DNA of 64,000 bases from positions 1,088,001 through 1,152,000 of the forward strand of contig CAWEYL010000001.1 in the NCBI GenBank assembly GCA_963813335.1. The letters run 5' to 3'. How positions within the stretch are numbered: position 1 is the stretch's first letter; each line of letters starts with the position of its first letter. The notes below the pieces were generated by a model. That model was not told where the DNA came from. It searched no databases and was given only the letters and a program-made list of their open reading frames with translations. Source of the DNA: an uncultured Chloroflexia bacterium (GTDB lineage Bacteria; Chloroflexota; Limnocylindria; Limnocylindrales; CSP1-4). The translations under genes and the position numbers were made by a program. Shown in pieces: positions 20,012 through 31,405 of this stretch.

Positions 20012-21342
20012 GCGGCCTCCTCCTCGGACTCGTCGTCGGACAGCGCCTCGTCGTCGGCGGCCGGGCCTTCGGGAAGGTACGTCAGCACCAGGCGGTTGTC
20101 CTTGCGGAACACGTCCGCCGCGGCCTGGCGGATGGCGTCCGGGGTGACCGCGAGGTAGCGCGGCAGGATCTGGTTGATGACGTCGGGATCGTCGAACAGC
20201 GTGGCGTACATCGACAGCCGGTCGGCCCGCTCCTCGACGCGCTGGAGCGCCCCGAGCTCGTCGGCTTCGACGAGGGCATGCGCCCGGGCGAGCTCGTCGT
20301 CGGTCACCGGTTCGACCGCGAGCCGCTCCAGCTCCTCGTGGAACGCGGCCTCGACGCGGGCGATATCGACGCCCGGACGGGCGGTCGCCCAGCCGGCCGT
20401 GATCGAGGCACCGCCGACGAAGCCCATGCTGAACAGCGCCACGTCCTGCGCGATGCGCTCGTCGCGCACGAGCCGGCGGTCCAGCCGGCTCCCCTTCCCG
20501 CCGGCGAGGATCTGGCCGGCGATGTCGAGGGCATCCAGGCGGCGGTCGCCGAAGACCGGGGCGCGGAAGGCGACGTAGATGCGCGGCAGCGGGACGCGGT
20601 CGCGGACGGTCTCGCGGCGCTCCCCGCCGAGCGTGGGCGGCAGCGACAGGTCGCCGAGGCGCGGGATCGAGGGGTTGGCCGGGATGGCCCCGAAGTAGCG
20701 CTCCGCCGCCTCGCGGGCCGTCGCGGTCTCGACGTCACCGACGATCGAGAGGACGGCGTTGTTCGGCGCGTACCAGGTGCGGAAGAACGCGATGACGTCC
20801 TCGAGCGAGGCCGCGTCGAGGTCCTCCATCGAGCCGATCGTCGAGTGGTGGTACGGGTGCTCGGGCGGGAACAGGTGGGCCTGGACCTTCTCCTGCCACG
20901 AGCCGTACGGGCGGTTGTCGTAGGACGAGCGCTTCTCGTTCTTGACCACCTCGCGCTGGTTGTCGAGGTTCTCCTGGCTCAGCGCGTCGGGCAGCGTGGC
21001 CATCCGGTCCGCCTCGAGCCACAGCGCGAGCTCCAGCTGGTGGGCCGGGAGGGTCTCGAAGTAGTTGGTCCGGTCGAGCCAGGTGGAGCCGTTCATCGTG
21101 CCGCCCGCCGCCTGGACGATGGCGATGTGCTCGGCCTTGGCGACGTGCTTGGAGCCCTGGAACATCACGTGCTCGAAGAGGTGGGCGAAGCCGGTGCGAC
21201 CCGGCGTCTCGTGCTTGGACCCGACGTCGTACCAGAGGTTGACCGCGACCACCGGGGCGAGGTGGTCCTCGGCGACGATGACGCGCAGGCCGTTCGCGAG
21301 GCGCTCGTCGGTGAACGTGACGGTCGGGACGTGGGTGGGCAC
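20008..21342 (-). CDS. M16 zinc peptidase (pitrilysin family), catalytic subunit
   Basis: LANGLRVI, GFAHLFEH, NGST..DRTNY, VVKNEKR. Confidence 0.93.
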   Translation of the reverse strand: MPTHVPTVTFTDERLANGLRVIVAEDHLAPVVAVNLWYDVGSKHETPGRTGFAHLFEHVMFQGSKHVAKAEHIAIVQAAGGTMNGSTWLDRTNYFETLPAHQLELALWLEADRMATLPDALSQENLDNQREVVKNEKRSSYDNRPYGSWQEKVQAHLFPPEHPYHHSTIGSMEDLDAASLEDVIAFFRTWYAPNNAVLSIVGDVETATAREAAERYFGAIPANPSIPRLGDLSLPPTLGGERRETVRDRVPLPRIYVAFRAPVFGDRRLDALDIAGQILAGGKGSRLDRRLVRDERIAQDVALFSMGFVGGASITAGWATARPGVDIARVEAAFHEELERLAVEPVTDDELARAHALVEADELGALQRVEERADRLSMYATLFDDPDVINQILPRYLAVTPDAIRQAAADVFRKDNRLVLTYLPEGPAADDEALSDDESEEEAA

Positions 21343-21469
21343 GCGTGGGCTCCGATGCTGATGGGTGGCGTCGATCGTAGCGCCTTCGGCCGATGCCGGC
21401 CGACGCGCCCGCCGGGCCCATGCGGGCGGTCCGAGGCGCCCTCCGCGCAAGCCCCGTAGACTCCGGGCC

Positions 21470-22128
21470 ATGCAGCTTCCTTCGCCCGTTCGGCGCCCCG
21501 GGCTCGTCATGGGCGCCGCCACCGTCCTCGTCCTGCTCCTGCCCGGCCTCGTCGCCGCGCATGCCGAGCTCGAGACGTCATCGCCGAAGGACACCGAGGT
21601 CGTCCAGGGCACGCCCGTCGAGATCTGGGGCACATACAGCGAGGCCATGAAGGTCGACGGCAGCTCGCTCGTGCTCCAGGACGCCGGCACCGGCAAGGAG
21701 CTCGCCAGGGGCGGCGTGGACCCGGCCGACGCGCAAGCGGATGGTCATCACGCCCGTGCCCGAGCTCGTGTCGGGCGACTACATCGTGAAGTCGACGACG
21801 GTCTCCGCCGCCGACAATGACATCGACCGCAAGCAGTGGATCTTCACGGTCGTGGCGGCCGCCTCGCCGAGTCCGAGCGCGACCCCCGCGCCCGACGGCG
21901 TCGCCGAGCCCGAGCGCCGCGCCATCGGCGACCCCGCCCGCGACCGCGAGCGCGGCCCCGACCACCTCTCCGGCCGCCACTCCCGCGCCGTCGCCCAGCG
22001 GCTCAGGGAGCGACGCCAGTAGTGGGAGCGACGCCCTCCTGCCGATCCTGGTCGTGCTCGGCCTCCTGGCCGTCCTGGGCGTGTACCTGTTCACCCGGCG
22101 CGGGGCGTCGACCACGACCAAGCCATGA
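21470..22128 (+). CDS. CopC-like metal-binding protein with P/T linker and C-terminal TM anchor; frameshifts near 21735 and 21895
   Basis: Signal peptide then HAELETSSP; GDYIV; three consecutive frames join into CopC + linker + TM + RR. Confidence 0.7.
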
Positions 22129-23546
22129 TCCCCGGGCGCCCCAGGCGCCTGGCCCCCCGGCTCGCGGCGACGGTCTCCGCGGTCCTCGCTGCGTCCGTCG
22201 TGGCCCCGGCGGCCGTCTTCGGCCATCAGCTCAACGCGACCTACACGAGCCGGCTGCCGCTGGCGGTCTACCTGGCCGGCGCGGCGATCGCGGTCGGGCT
22301 CTCGTTCCTGTTCGTGCTTGCCCGCGACGTGCGGGCCACGCCGCCGGTCACCACCGCGCCCGGCCACCTGCCGCCGGCGGCGCTCCGGATCGCGTTGCGG
22401 GTCATCGGCCTGGTGGCGGTGGCGTGGATCGCCGCCCAGGGCATCCTCGGGAACACGAGTGCCGGCTCGGTGGCGCCGCTCTTCCTGTGGGTCTACGGCT
22501 GGGTGGGCCTGGCCATCGTCTCGGCGGCCATCGGGCCGGTCTGGCACTTCCTGGACCCGTTCTCGACCCTCCACGACCTGGGTGCGGGGCTGCTGCGCCG
22601 CCTTGGGGTCGGCGCCTGGTCGCCAGCTGCCTATCCCGAGCGGCTGGGCCGCTGGCCGGCGGCGATCGGCTTCGCCGGCTTCGTGTGGCTCGAGCTCGTC
22701 GACGCCGGCGGCGGGCCGTCGACCCTGTTCGTCGTGCTCGTCGGCTACACCGCGTTCACGCTCGCGATGATGGCCCAGTTCGGCCGCGACACGTGGCGGG
22801 CGAACGGGGAGACGTTCACGGTCTGGTACCGCCTGCTCGGGCGGCTCGCGGCGTACGCCCTGGTCGACGAGGACGGGCGGGTCCGGCGGCGGTCCTTCGC
22901 GAGCGGCCTGCTGGAGCCGGGCTGGTCGGTCGCCGACGCCGCGCTGACGGCGCTCGGGGTCGGCTCGATCCTCTTCGACGGCCTGTCGCAGACGCAGCCG
23001 TTCTTCGACGTCTTCGGGGCGCCCGGGACCGCGCAGGAGACGGTGCTGCTGTTCGCCTGGCTCGGGGTCCTGGTCCTCGCCGCGCTCATGCTGACGCGGG
23101 TCGTCGGGATCGCGCGCGACCGGGGCCGGGCTGCTGCCGATCGCGCGTGGGCTACCTGATCGCCCACTACCTGACCTACCTGCTGATCGACGGCCAGAAC
23201 ATCCTCGTCGCCATCTCCGACCCGTTCCAGCAAGGGCTGGGACCTGTTCGGGACCGCCTTCCACGAGGCGTCGGGGGCGTGGCTGCCGCCGGGGCTCGTG
23301 TGGACCGCGCAGCTGGCGGCCGTCGTCGGCGGGCACATGCTGGGCGCCTGGGGCGGGCACGTGAACGCGGCCGCGCACGCGCCGGCGGGCACGGACCCGA
23401 AGGCCATCCGCCGCCGCGAGGTCCCGCTCGCGGTCGTGATGGTGGCGCTGACGACGCTCACGCTCTGGTCGCTCGGCCAGGCGATCGTGGTGGCCCCGCC
23501 GGAGACGCCGGCGGCGTCGGCGGTGGTCGTCGTGGGCGGTCCGTAG
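22125..23546 (+). CDS. Polytopic membrane protein; frameshifts near 23120 and 23232
   Basis: LPLAVYLAGA, WVYGWVG, GPVW..LDPF, GYLIAHY, VVGGHMLG; coupled to the CopC-like gene. Confidence 0.75.
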
Positions 23547-23622
23547 CCTCAGGCCTCCCGTGCCGCGACGCGGCGTTACCCGCGGCCGCCCCCAAGCCGG
23601 GCACCCGCCGCCCGGCGGCCAA

Positions 23623-23807
23623 ACCTGGCAGGACGACCATCCACAGAACGTTATGGCCGATGCGCCCCGGACTTGGGCGGCCTGCGGTCGGCTCAGCCGG
23701 GCCGCTGAGCACGGATCTCGTCGGCCTGCGCCTTCGTGACGGCCGATCCGACCGGAGCAGGGCTCGCGACCGGCCATAGCGTTCCCCTGGCGAGCGTCTT
23801 GCCGGGT
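23623..23807. repeat. Long imperfect palindrome between convergent genes
   Basis: Arms ACCTGGCAGGACG..GAACGTTATGGCCG and CGGCCATAGCGTTC..CGTCTTGCCGGGT, with internal hairpins. Confidence 0.7.
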
Positions 23808-23865
23808 CGCGGCACCCGGCGCGCCGCCGGGCACCCTAGCCCGGACCGCGTCTACCGGACCGCGT

Positions 23866-26800
23866 CTACCCGACTGCGACCGCCGCGCCGCCCGGCACCC
23901 ACTCCTCGAGCGAGCGCACGTCCGAGAGCCGCTCCATGATCGACGGGTCGAGCGCCTCGGCCGCGGCCACCGCCGTCTCCATCGCGGTCAGGCAGAGGAT
24001 CCCCTCGCCCGTCGCCGCCAGCCGGATCTCGGCCGCGTCGCGGACCGCGCCCGAGCGCGGCGTCGGCGTGTTGACCACCAGCCGGACCTCGCCGTCCGCG
24101 ATCAGGTCGAGGATCGCGACCTCGCCGATCGAGCTCGTCCGCCGCCTCGCCGAGCTTGGCCACGGGTCGGGCCTCGTAGCCGGCGGCGGCCAGCGCGCGC
24201 CCGCGTGCCCGGGCGTCGCCGCCAGCCGGTAGCCGGCCGCCGCGAGCGCCGCCGCGAGCCGCGGCAGCGTCCCCTTGTCGCGGTCCGCGATCGAGAGCAG
24301 CGCCAGCTCGCCGGCCTCGCCCGGCCGCGGCGGCACGAGTGCCGCCCCGAGCAGCGCCTTGGCGAGCGCCACCCGCGGGTCGGTGTGCATGCCCGATCAC
24401 CTCGCCGGTGGACTGCATCCCGGGCCCGACGGACGGATCCACCCCGCGCAGCTTGGCCGTCGAGAACGCGGGGGCCTTGACCGCGACGAACGGCGGTGGC
24501 GGCAGCAGCCCGCCGTCCCAGCCCAGCTCGGGAAGCGTGGCGCCCAGCGAGATCCGCACCGCCAGCTCGACCATCGGCACGCCGGTGACCTTCGACATGA
24601 ACGGCACGGTCCGCGAGGCGCGCGGGTTGACCTCGATGAGGTAGACGCCGTCCTCGCGGACGATGAACTGGGCGTTGACGAGGCCGCGCGCGCCCAGCGC
24701 CAGCACGATCCGCTCCATCGTGGCGACGATCAGGTCCTGGTCGCCGGCGGACACGGTCTGCGGCGGGAACATCCCCACGGAGTCGCCCGAGTGGACGCCC
24801 GGCCCGCTCGACGTGCTCGAGGAGGCCCGGGATGAGCACGCGCTCGCCGTCGGAGATGGCGTCGACGTCGACCTCGATGCCCTCGAGGTAGCGGTCGATG
24901 CGGACGGGGCGGTCCGGGTCCACGACCGTCGCCATCGCCAGCTGCCGCTCGAGGTCCTCGGGCGAGTAGCAGAAGTCGATGGCGAGGCCGCCGATGACGA
25001 ACGACGGCCGGACGATGACCGGGTAGCCGATGCGCTCGGCCAGCGTCAGCGCCTCGTCGACGCTGTGGGCCATCCCGCCCTCGGGCTGCGGGATCCCGAG
25101 CCGGTCGAGCAGCGCCGAGAACCGGGTCCGCTCCTCGGCCTGGTCGATGGCCTCGAGGTCGCTCCCCAGCAGCGGCACGCCGCCGGCGGCCAGCGGCGCG
25201 GCCAGGTTGAGCGGCGTCTGGCCGCCGAACGCCACGACGGCCGGCAGCAGGTCCACGCCGGCGGGCGACTCGGCATCGATGACGCTGCGCACGCTCTCCG
25301 GGTCGAGCGGCTCGAAGTAGAGCCGCGACGAGGCGTCGAAGTCGGTCGAGACGGTCTCCGGGTTCGAGTTGATCATCACGGCGCTCCAGCCGGCGCGGCG
25401 GAGCGTGTCGGCCGCCTGGACCGCGCAGTAGTCGAACTCGATGCCCTGCCCGATCCGGACCGGCCCCGAGCCGATGACGAGCGCCGCCGGCCGCTCGACC
25501 GGCGGCGCCTCCGGCGCCGACCCGGCCGCGGCGTAGGTCGAGTAGAAGTACGGCGTCTCGGCCGCGAACTCCGCGGCGCACGTGTCGACCATCGCGTAGC
25601 CCGGCACGAGGCCCAGCGGCAGGCGCGCGGCCCGCAGCTCGTCGGCGGTCGTGCCGGCCAGCCCGGCCAGCTCGCGGTCCCCGAAGCCGGCCCGCTTGAC
25701 CGTGGCCAGCAGCTCGGCCGCCTCGGCGTCGCCGGCATCCGCGAGCCGGGCGCCCATCGCCGTCACCTCGCGCCTCGAGCGCGACGTTGCGGCCCATCTC
25801 CGCGAGGAACCACGCGGAGATCCCGGTCGCCTCGCCGACGACCGCCTCCGGCACGCCGCGCCGGAGCAGCCCGAGCAGCCGCCACAGCCGGCTGTCCGAG
25901 GGGGTCGAGGAACCGGCGCAGCACGATCGGGGCGGCCGGTGCGCTGCGCGTGCCGCGTCGACTCGCACGCCTGGCCGGCCTCGTCGACCCAGCGGATCGG
26001 CTCGTCGGCGTCGGGGTCGCCGGCGTAGACGCCCGCGAGGTAGTCGAACGTCGGCGTCCAGGCGGCGTCCTCGGCCAGCGGCCCGACGCCGGCCTGCTCG
26101 AGGCCGCGCAGCGCCTTGTTCAGCGCCGAGCCGAAGGTGCGGTCGATGGCCATCACCTCGCCGGTCGCCTTCATCTGGCTGCCGAGCGTCCGGTCGGCGC
26201 CCGGGAACTTGTCGAACGGGAAGCGCGGCAGCTTGACCACCACGTAGTCGAGCGCCGGCTCGAACGCGGCCACGGTCGTGCCGGTCACCACGTTCGGGAT
26301 CTCCGCCAGCCGGCGCCCGACCGCGATCTGCGCCGCGACCCGGGCGATCGGGTAGCCCGTCGCCTTCGAGGCCAGCGCGGACGAGCGCGAGACGCGCGGG
26401 TTGACCTCGATGACCGCGTACTCGGTCGAGTCCGGCGAGAGCGCGAACTGGACGTTGCAGCCGCCCTCGACGCCGAGCGCCCGGATGATCGCGAGCGCCG
26501 CGCTGCGGAGCCGCTGGTGGACGGCGTCGGTCAGCGTCTGGACCGGCGCGACCACGATCGAGTCGCCGGTGTGGACGCCGAGCGGGTCGACGTTCTCCAT
26601 CGAGCAGACCGCGATGCAGGTGTCGTCGGCGTCGCGCATGACCTCGTACTCGATCTCCTGCCAGCCGACGAGGCAGCGCTCGACCATGACCTGGCTGATC
26701 GGGCTGGCGCGCAGGCCCGGCGCGCACCCGCTCGCGATAGGCCGGCTCGGTCTCGACGATGCCGCCGCCGGTCCCGCCGAGCGTGAACGCCGGCCGGACG

Positions 26801-27307
26801 ATCGCCGGCAGCCCGATCTCCGCGAGCGCGACCTCGACGTCCTCGGGCGTTCTCGACGATCCACGAGGGGGCGTACGGCTGGCCGATCCGGTCGAGCAGG
26901 TCGCGGAACGCCTCGCGGTCCTCGGCCATGCGGATCGCCTCGAGCGGCGTCCCGAGCAGGCGGATCGGGTAGCGCTCGAAGACGCCGGCCTCGGACAGGG
27001 CCGTCGCGAGGTTGAGGGCGGTCTGGCCGCCAAGGCCGGCGAGCAGGCCGTCGGGCCGCTCCCGGGCGATGACCGCCTCGACCGCCTCGACCGTCAGCGG
27101 CTCGAGGTAGATGACGTCGGCGACCTGCGGGTCGGTCATGATCGTGGCCGGGTTCGAGTTCACCAGGATCGTGCGCACGCCCTCGGCGCGCAGCGCGCGG
27201 CAGGCCTGCGTGCCGGCGTAGTCGAACTCGGCCGCCTGGCCGATGACGACCGGCCCGGAGCCGAGGATCAGGACGGAGGCCGGCTTGCCCGGGCGATCCG
27301 CCGTCAT
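23866..27307 (-). CDS. carB: Carbamoyl-phosphate synthase large subunit, multiple frameshifts
   Basis: [61 protein letters not shown]-terminal MGS domain across several frames. Confidence 0.95.
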
Positions 27308-27320
27308 CGCGGGACCGGCC

Positions 27321-28464
27321 TCATCGGCGCGTCGCCGCCACGAACCGGTCGAAGACCGCGAGCGCGTCGAGCGGCCCGGGCGCGCCCTCGGGGTGGTACT
27401 GCACGGTCTCGATCGGCAGCTCGCGATGGCGCAGCCCCTCGACCGAGCGGTCGTTGAGGTTGACCTGGCTGACCCGGAACCCGGACCGCTCGGGCAGCGA
27501 CGCGCCGACGACCTGGACCTCGTGGTTCTGCGCCGTCACCTGGACCAGCCCCATCTCGAGGTCCTGGACCGGGTGGTTGGCGCCGTGATGGCCGAAGCGG
27601 AGGCGGGTCGTGTCCGCCCCGGCGGCGCGCGCCACGATCTGGTGGCCGAGGCAGATCCCCAGCAGCGGCCGGCCGTCGTCGATCACGGCCCGGGCCAGCG
27701 CGACCTGCTGCTCGAGGCGGGCCGGGTCGCCGGGACCGGGCGACAGGATCACGCCGTCGATGTCGGAGGCGAGCAGGTCGGACGGCGCGGCCGTGTGCGG
27801 GAAGACGCGGACCCGCGCGCCGCGGAAGCGCATCGAGCGCACGATGTTGGCCTTCAGCCCGAGGTCCACGATCGCGATCCGCGGGCCGGTGTCGCCGGGG
27901 TCCTCGACGTCGGTGACGGCCGTCGGCGAGACCTGCCCCACGAAGTCCTGGTCCTCCCAGCGCTGGACGGCGGCGGCCGCGGCGCGCGCCCGGTCCTCGT
28001 CCACGTCGCCGGGCGCGGTCACGATGCCGCGCAGGCAGCCGTTCGCGCGGAGGTGCCGGGCGAGCGCCCGGGTGTCCACGCCGGCGATGGCCGGGATGCC
28101 GTTGTCGCGCAGCAGCGAGGCGAGCTGGCGGGCGTCGTCGAGGACCGCGGCGGTCGCGTTGGCGACCACCAGCGCCCGCAGCCACGGGCGGATCGACTGG
28201 TCGTCGATCGGCCAGCCGGCCGTAGTTGCCGATCAGCGGGTAGGTCATCACGACGACCTGGCCCGCGTAGGAGGGGTCGGTGCAGACCTCCTGGTAGCCG
28301 GTCTGGCTGGTGTTGACCACGAGGTCGCCGCCGGCCGCCGACGGGGCGCCGAACGCGACGCCCGGGAAGATCGAGCCGTCCTCGAGCGCCAGCAACGCCG
28401 GACCGAGGTCGCCGATGCGCGGGTCGACGACGGCGCTGGCACGGGGTCGGGGCGGGGCGATCAC
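27321..28464 (-). CDS. carA: Carbamoyl-phosphate synthase small subunit, frameshift near 28210
   Basis: [43 protein letters not shown]. Confidence 0.95.
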
Positions 28465-28547
28465 CGACCGCTCACCTGGCCCCGGATACGACGAACCCAC
28501 CGGCCGCAGTGGCTCGGTGGGCGTGCATGGACACGGTCGATGGACCT

Positions 28548-28603
28548 CCTTCGCCGGCCTCACGGGACCGATACGCCGGCCTCACAGGACCGGCCATGAA
28601 AGG
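28548..28603 (-). promoter_or_regulatory. PyrR-type RNA binding leader with two tandem binding loops
   Basis: CCUUU..CGGUCCUGUGAGGCCGGC..CGGUCCCGUGAGGCCGGCGAAGG resembles the PyrR consensus ARUCCNGNGAGGYU; upstream of carA; extended -10 TGCTACCCT at 28612-28620. Confidence 0.75.
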
Positions 28604-28666
28604 ACGCCGTCAGGGTAGCATCCCCGTCGTTCCCACGGAGCCACCCACCGCGTCGAGGAGACCCCC

Positions 28667-29056
28667 ATGACCCGCCGAGCCATCGCCACCGACCACGCCC
28701 CAGCGGCCATCGGGCCCTACAGCCAGGCGGTCGTGTCGGGCGGGTTCGTGTTCTGTGCCGGCACGGTCGGCATCGATCCCGCGACCGGCGAGGTCGCCGA
28801 CGGCATCGAGGCCCAGACGGAGCAGGTGCTGACGAACCTGTCGGCCGTGCTCGAGGCGGCCGGCTCGTCGCTGGCGAACGTCGTGAAGGCCACGGTCATG
28901 TACACCAACGTGGCGGACTTCCCGGCGATCAACGCGGTCTATGCGCGCCGCATGGGCGACCCGGCACCGGCGCGGTCGGCGCCCGGCGGCGCGCTCTTCC
29001 CGCGCGGGATCCTGATCTCGATCGACGCGATCGCGGAGCTGGCGGACGCGACCTGA
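28667..29056 (+). CDS. RidA/YjgF family protein
   Basis: APAAIGPYSQAV, NVVKATV, PAPARS. Confidence 0.92.
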   Translation: MTRRAIATDHAPAAIGPYSQAVVSGGFVFCAGTVGIDPATGEVADGIEAQTEQVLTNLSAVLEAAGSSLANVVKATVMYTNVADFPAINAVYARRMGDPAPARSAPGGALFPRGILISIDAIAELADAT

Positions 29057-29071
29057 CAGCCGGCGAGCGCG

Positions 29072-29854
29072 TCAGGCGCCGACGGCGACCAGCAGGAAGT
29101 CCGTCCCGAACGCCACGAGGAGGCCGACCAGCAGCGCGACGTTGGCGGCGGCCGGCTGGGCGAACTTCCGGGACGTGGACATCATCTCGTTGAAGACGAA
29201 GATCAGCGCACCGGCGGCGAGGCCGAGGAAGACGATCGAGAGCAGCGGCGACGTGAACGAGTAGCCGATGACGCCGCCGACGAACGTCGGGCCGCCGCCG
29301 ATCAGCCCGAGCAGCCCGAGGAACGCCCACGTCGGGCGGGTGCCGGTGGTCAGCGGGGCGGCGATGCCGAAGCCCTCGGTCGCGTTGTGCAGCGCGAAGC
29401 CGATGGCGAGGATCAGCGCGAAGGAGGTCGCCCCGGTCACGGCCGACTGGCCGATCGCGAGCCCCTCCGAGAAGTTGTGGAGGCCGAGGCCGATCGCCGT
29501 CCCGAGGGCGATATCGCTGGCAGAGACGCCCTCGATCCGGCGAGACCGGAGCTGGGTCGTCACCCACACGAGCGAGAGCAGCCCGACCGCGATCGAGGCG
29601 CCGAACGCGGTCGCGTTGACCAGGAAGTCGGTCGTCGTCCCCTCGCCGCCGGTCGCGGCTTCGAGGGACGCCTCCACCGGCTCGACGGCCTGGGCGAGGA
29701 TGTCCCAGATCAGGAACAGGATCACGCCCGCGGCGGCGGTCGTCAGGATCGCCTGCGTCCGGGTCGAGAGGTTGCGCAGCCGTCCGACCGGGAGTCCGAG
29801 ATAGATCGTCAGACCCGCGAAGGCGGAGAGGAGCACGGTCTGCTCGAAGGTCAC
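29072..29854 (-). CDS. ZIP-family metal transporter
   Basis: GLHNFSEGLAIG, ALHNATEG. Confidence 0.92.
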   Translation of the reverse strand: MTFEQTVLLSAFAGLTIYLGLPVGRLRNLSTRTQAILTTAAAGVILFLIWDILAQAVEPVEASLEAATGGEGTTTDFLVNATAFGASIAVGLLSLVWVTTQLRSRRIEGVSASDIALGTAIGLGLHNFSEGLAIGQSAVTGATSFALILAIGFALHNATEGFGIAAPLTTGTRPTWAFLGLLGLIGGGPTFVGGVIGYSFTSPLLSIVFLGLAAGALIFVFNEMMSTSRKFAQPAAANVALLVGLLVAFGTDFLLVAVGA

Positions 29855-29888
29855 GGTTCCTCCTGGGTGGGCTTGGTGAAGCCACCGG

Positions 29889-29918
29889 AATCTAGGGGGA
29901 CCGAGCGGAGGTTGTCAA
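29889..29918 (-). promoter_or_regulatory. sigma-70 promoter for the ZIP gene
   Basis: TTGACA-18 nt-TAGATT. Confidence 0.6.
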
Positions 29919-30026
29919 GGCGCCTTGTCATCTGAACGCTAGGTCGCTTGCACAACGCCCCTCGTTGGCATCCGATCCGGTGCGTCGGGCCCCCTGGCGC
30001 GCGAGAATGTCGACGTCGGCGTTGGC

Positions 30027-30713
30027 ATGGGGAGGCCGGTCATCGAGCGAGACGCCTGGCTTCGGGAGCGGCGAGCGGCGGTCGAAGCCGCCTACGACGC
30101 CGAGTCCGCCGACTACGACCAGAACCCCTACCCCGTCGAGATGCAGCGGGCGTTCGTCGCGCGGCTGCTCGCGACCTGCCCGGCGGATGGGCTGGTCCTC
30201 GACGCACCCTGCGGCACCGGCCAGTACTTCCCGCTCGTCGCGGCGGGTGGCTGTCGCGTCGTCGGGATCGACCAGTCAGCGGGCATGCTCGAGCAGGCTG
30301 GCGCTCGCGGGATCGCCGTCGAGCTGCGGCAGACCGGGCTCCAGGAGCTCGCGTTCGATGGCGGGTTCGATGCCGTGATGACGGTCGATGCGATGGAGAA
30401 CGTGTTCCCGGAGCACTGGCCGGGCGTGCTGGCGAACCTGCGCCGTGCCCTTCGTCCGGGAGGACACCTGTACCTGACCATTGAGGAGATCGACGACGCC
30501 GAGATCGACGCGGCCTTCGCCGACCTGATGAGCCGCGGGCTGCCCGCCGTCCGCGGCGAGGTCATCGAGGGCGACGTCGCCGGCTACCACTTCTACCCCG
30601 GCCGGGAGCAGGTCGCCCGCTGGCTCGAGGCCGAAGGTCTAGACGTCGTCGAGCAAGACACCGAGCCCCAGGACGACTGGGCCTACTGGCACCTCCTGCT
30701 CCGCGCGCGCTGA
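30027..30713 (+). CDS. Class I SAM-dependent methyltransferase
   Basis: VLDAPCGTG, VGIDQSAGML, FDAV, LRPGG. Confidence 0.9.
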   Translation: MGRPVIERDAWLRERRAAVEAAYDAESADYDQNPYPVEMQRAFVARLLATCPADGLVLDAPCGTGQYFPLVAAGGCRVVGIDQSAGMLEQAGARGIAVELRQTGLQELAFDGGFDAVMTVDAMENVFPEHWPGVLANLRRALRPGGHLYLTIEEIDDAEIDAAFADLMSRGLPAVRGEVIEGDVAGYHFYPGREQVARWLEAEGLDVVEQDTEPQDDWAYWHLLLRAR

Positions 30714-30738
30714 CGCCACGGCCGTCGTCGCACCGCGA

Positions 30739-31095
30739 CTAACCGACCGAGTAGGCGCCGTCCCAATGCCAGACCGAGGCCGGATCCTTCGGATCGCCGA
30801 CCACCGTCACGTCGACCTCGAGTTGGAAGCCCGCCAGGACACCCGTCCCGGACCGAAACGAGCACTTGGCCAGGACGGGCCCTTCTGGCTGGTTCCAGTC
30901 GCACACACCGGTCGTGCTGCCGCCCGGGACCTCCATCGACGGGTATGCGAGGCCATCCGAGCCGTCGCCATTCACGGTGTACGTGATCTTGGTGCCGGTC
31001 GGGATCCGGTCGAACGTCGACGTGGCGACCGTGCACAGCAGGTCGTTCTCACACGTCTTGGTCAGTCCGAACGCCGCTCTGCCGACGGTTGCCAT
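30739..31095 (-). CDS. Small Cys-containing beta-rich hypothetical protein
   Basis: ATG 31095 with GGGAGG RBS; 4 Cys, GTGVLAGF, WHWDGAY. Confidence 0.65.
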   Translation of the reverse strand: MATVGRAAFGLTKTCENDLLCTVATSTFDRIPTGTKITYTVNGDGSDGLAYPSMEVPGGSTTGVCDWNQPEGPVLAKCSFRSGTGVLAGFQLEVDVTVVGDPKDPASVWHWDGAYSVG

Positions 31096-31213
31096 GTGCC
31101 TGCCTCCCAGCTGTGAACCCGCGTCGATGGCTGGACGGGAATCTAGCGCGCCCGCGTCACGGCGTGTCTCGCTTCCGGTCACGTCCTCCGACCACCAGAG
31201 GCGAACATGCGGA

Positions 31214-31240
31214 CGCCCCTGCCGGCAACCGGGAGGGGCG
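31214..31240 (-). terminator. Hairpin downstream of the tRNA
   Basis: CGCCCCT-GCCGGCAACCGGG-AGGGGCG. Confidence 0.6.
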
Positions 31241-31258
31241 TTGATCTTCGTGAACTGT

Positions 31259-31333
<75 letters not shown>

Positions 31334-31405
31334 AGGGCCGGGATGATACCCCGGGGGTCGCGCATCGCGCCATCCGGGGCACCGCCGCCTCATAGACTGT
31401 CCGCC

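Noticed and set aside
23841-23868. 14-bp direct repeat CCGGACCGCGTCTA x2 at the carB stop
   Set aside because: Two copies only; probably a local slippage duplication.
18432-28464. Numerous frameshifts (M16, CopC-like, membrane protein, carB, carA; also coxL, ALDH and genes at 62.5-63.3 kb) as programmed frameshifting or pseudogenisation
   Set aside because: They are single-base indels without slippery motifs, clustered regionally, and hit essential genes whose motifs are otherwise intact. This fits read or assembly error best.
29873-29892. Weak resemblance to the tRNA-Lys 3' end (possible att site)
   Set aside because: Only a short gapped similarity, overlapping the ZIP promoter, with no integrase nearby.
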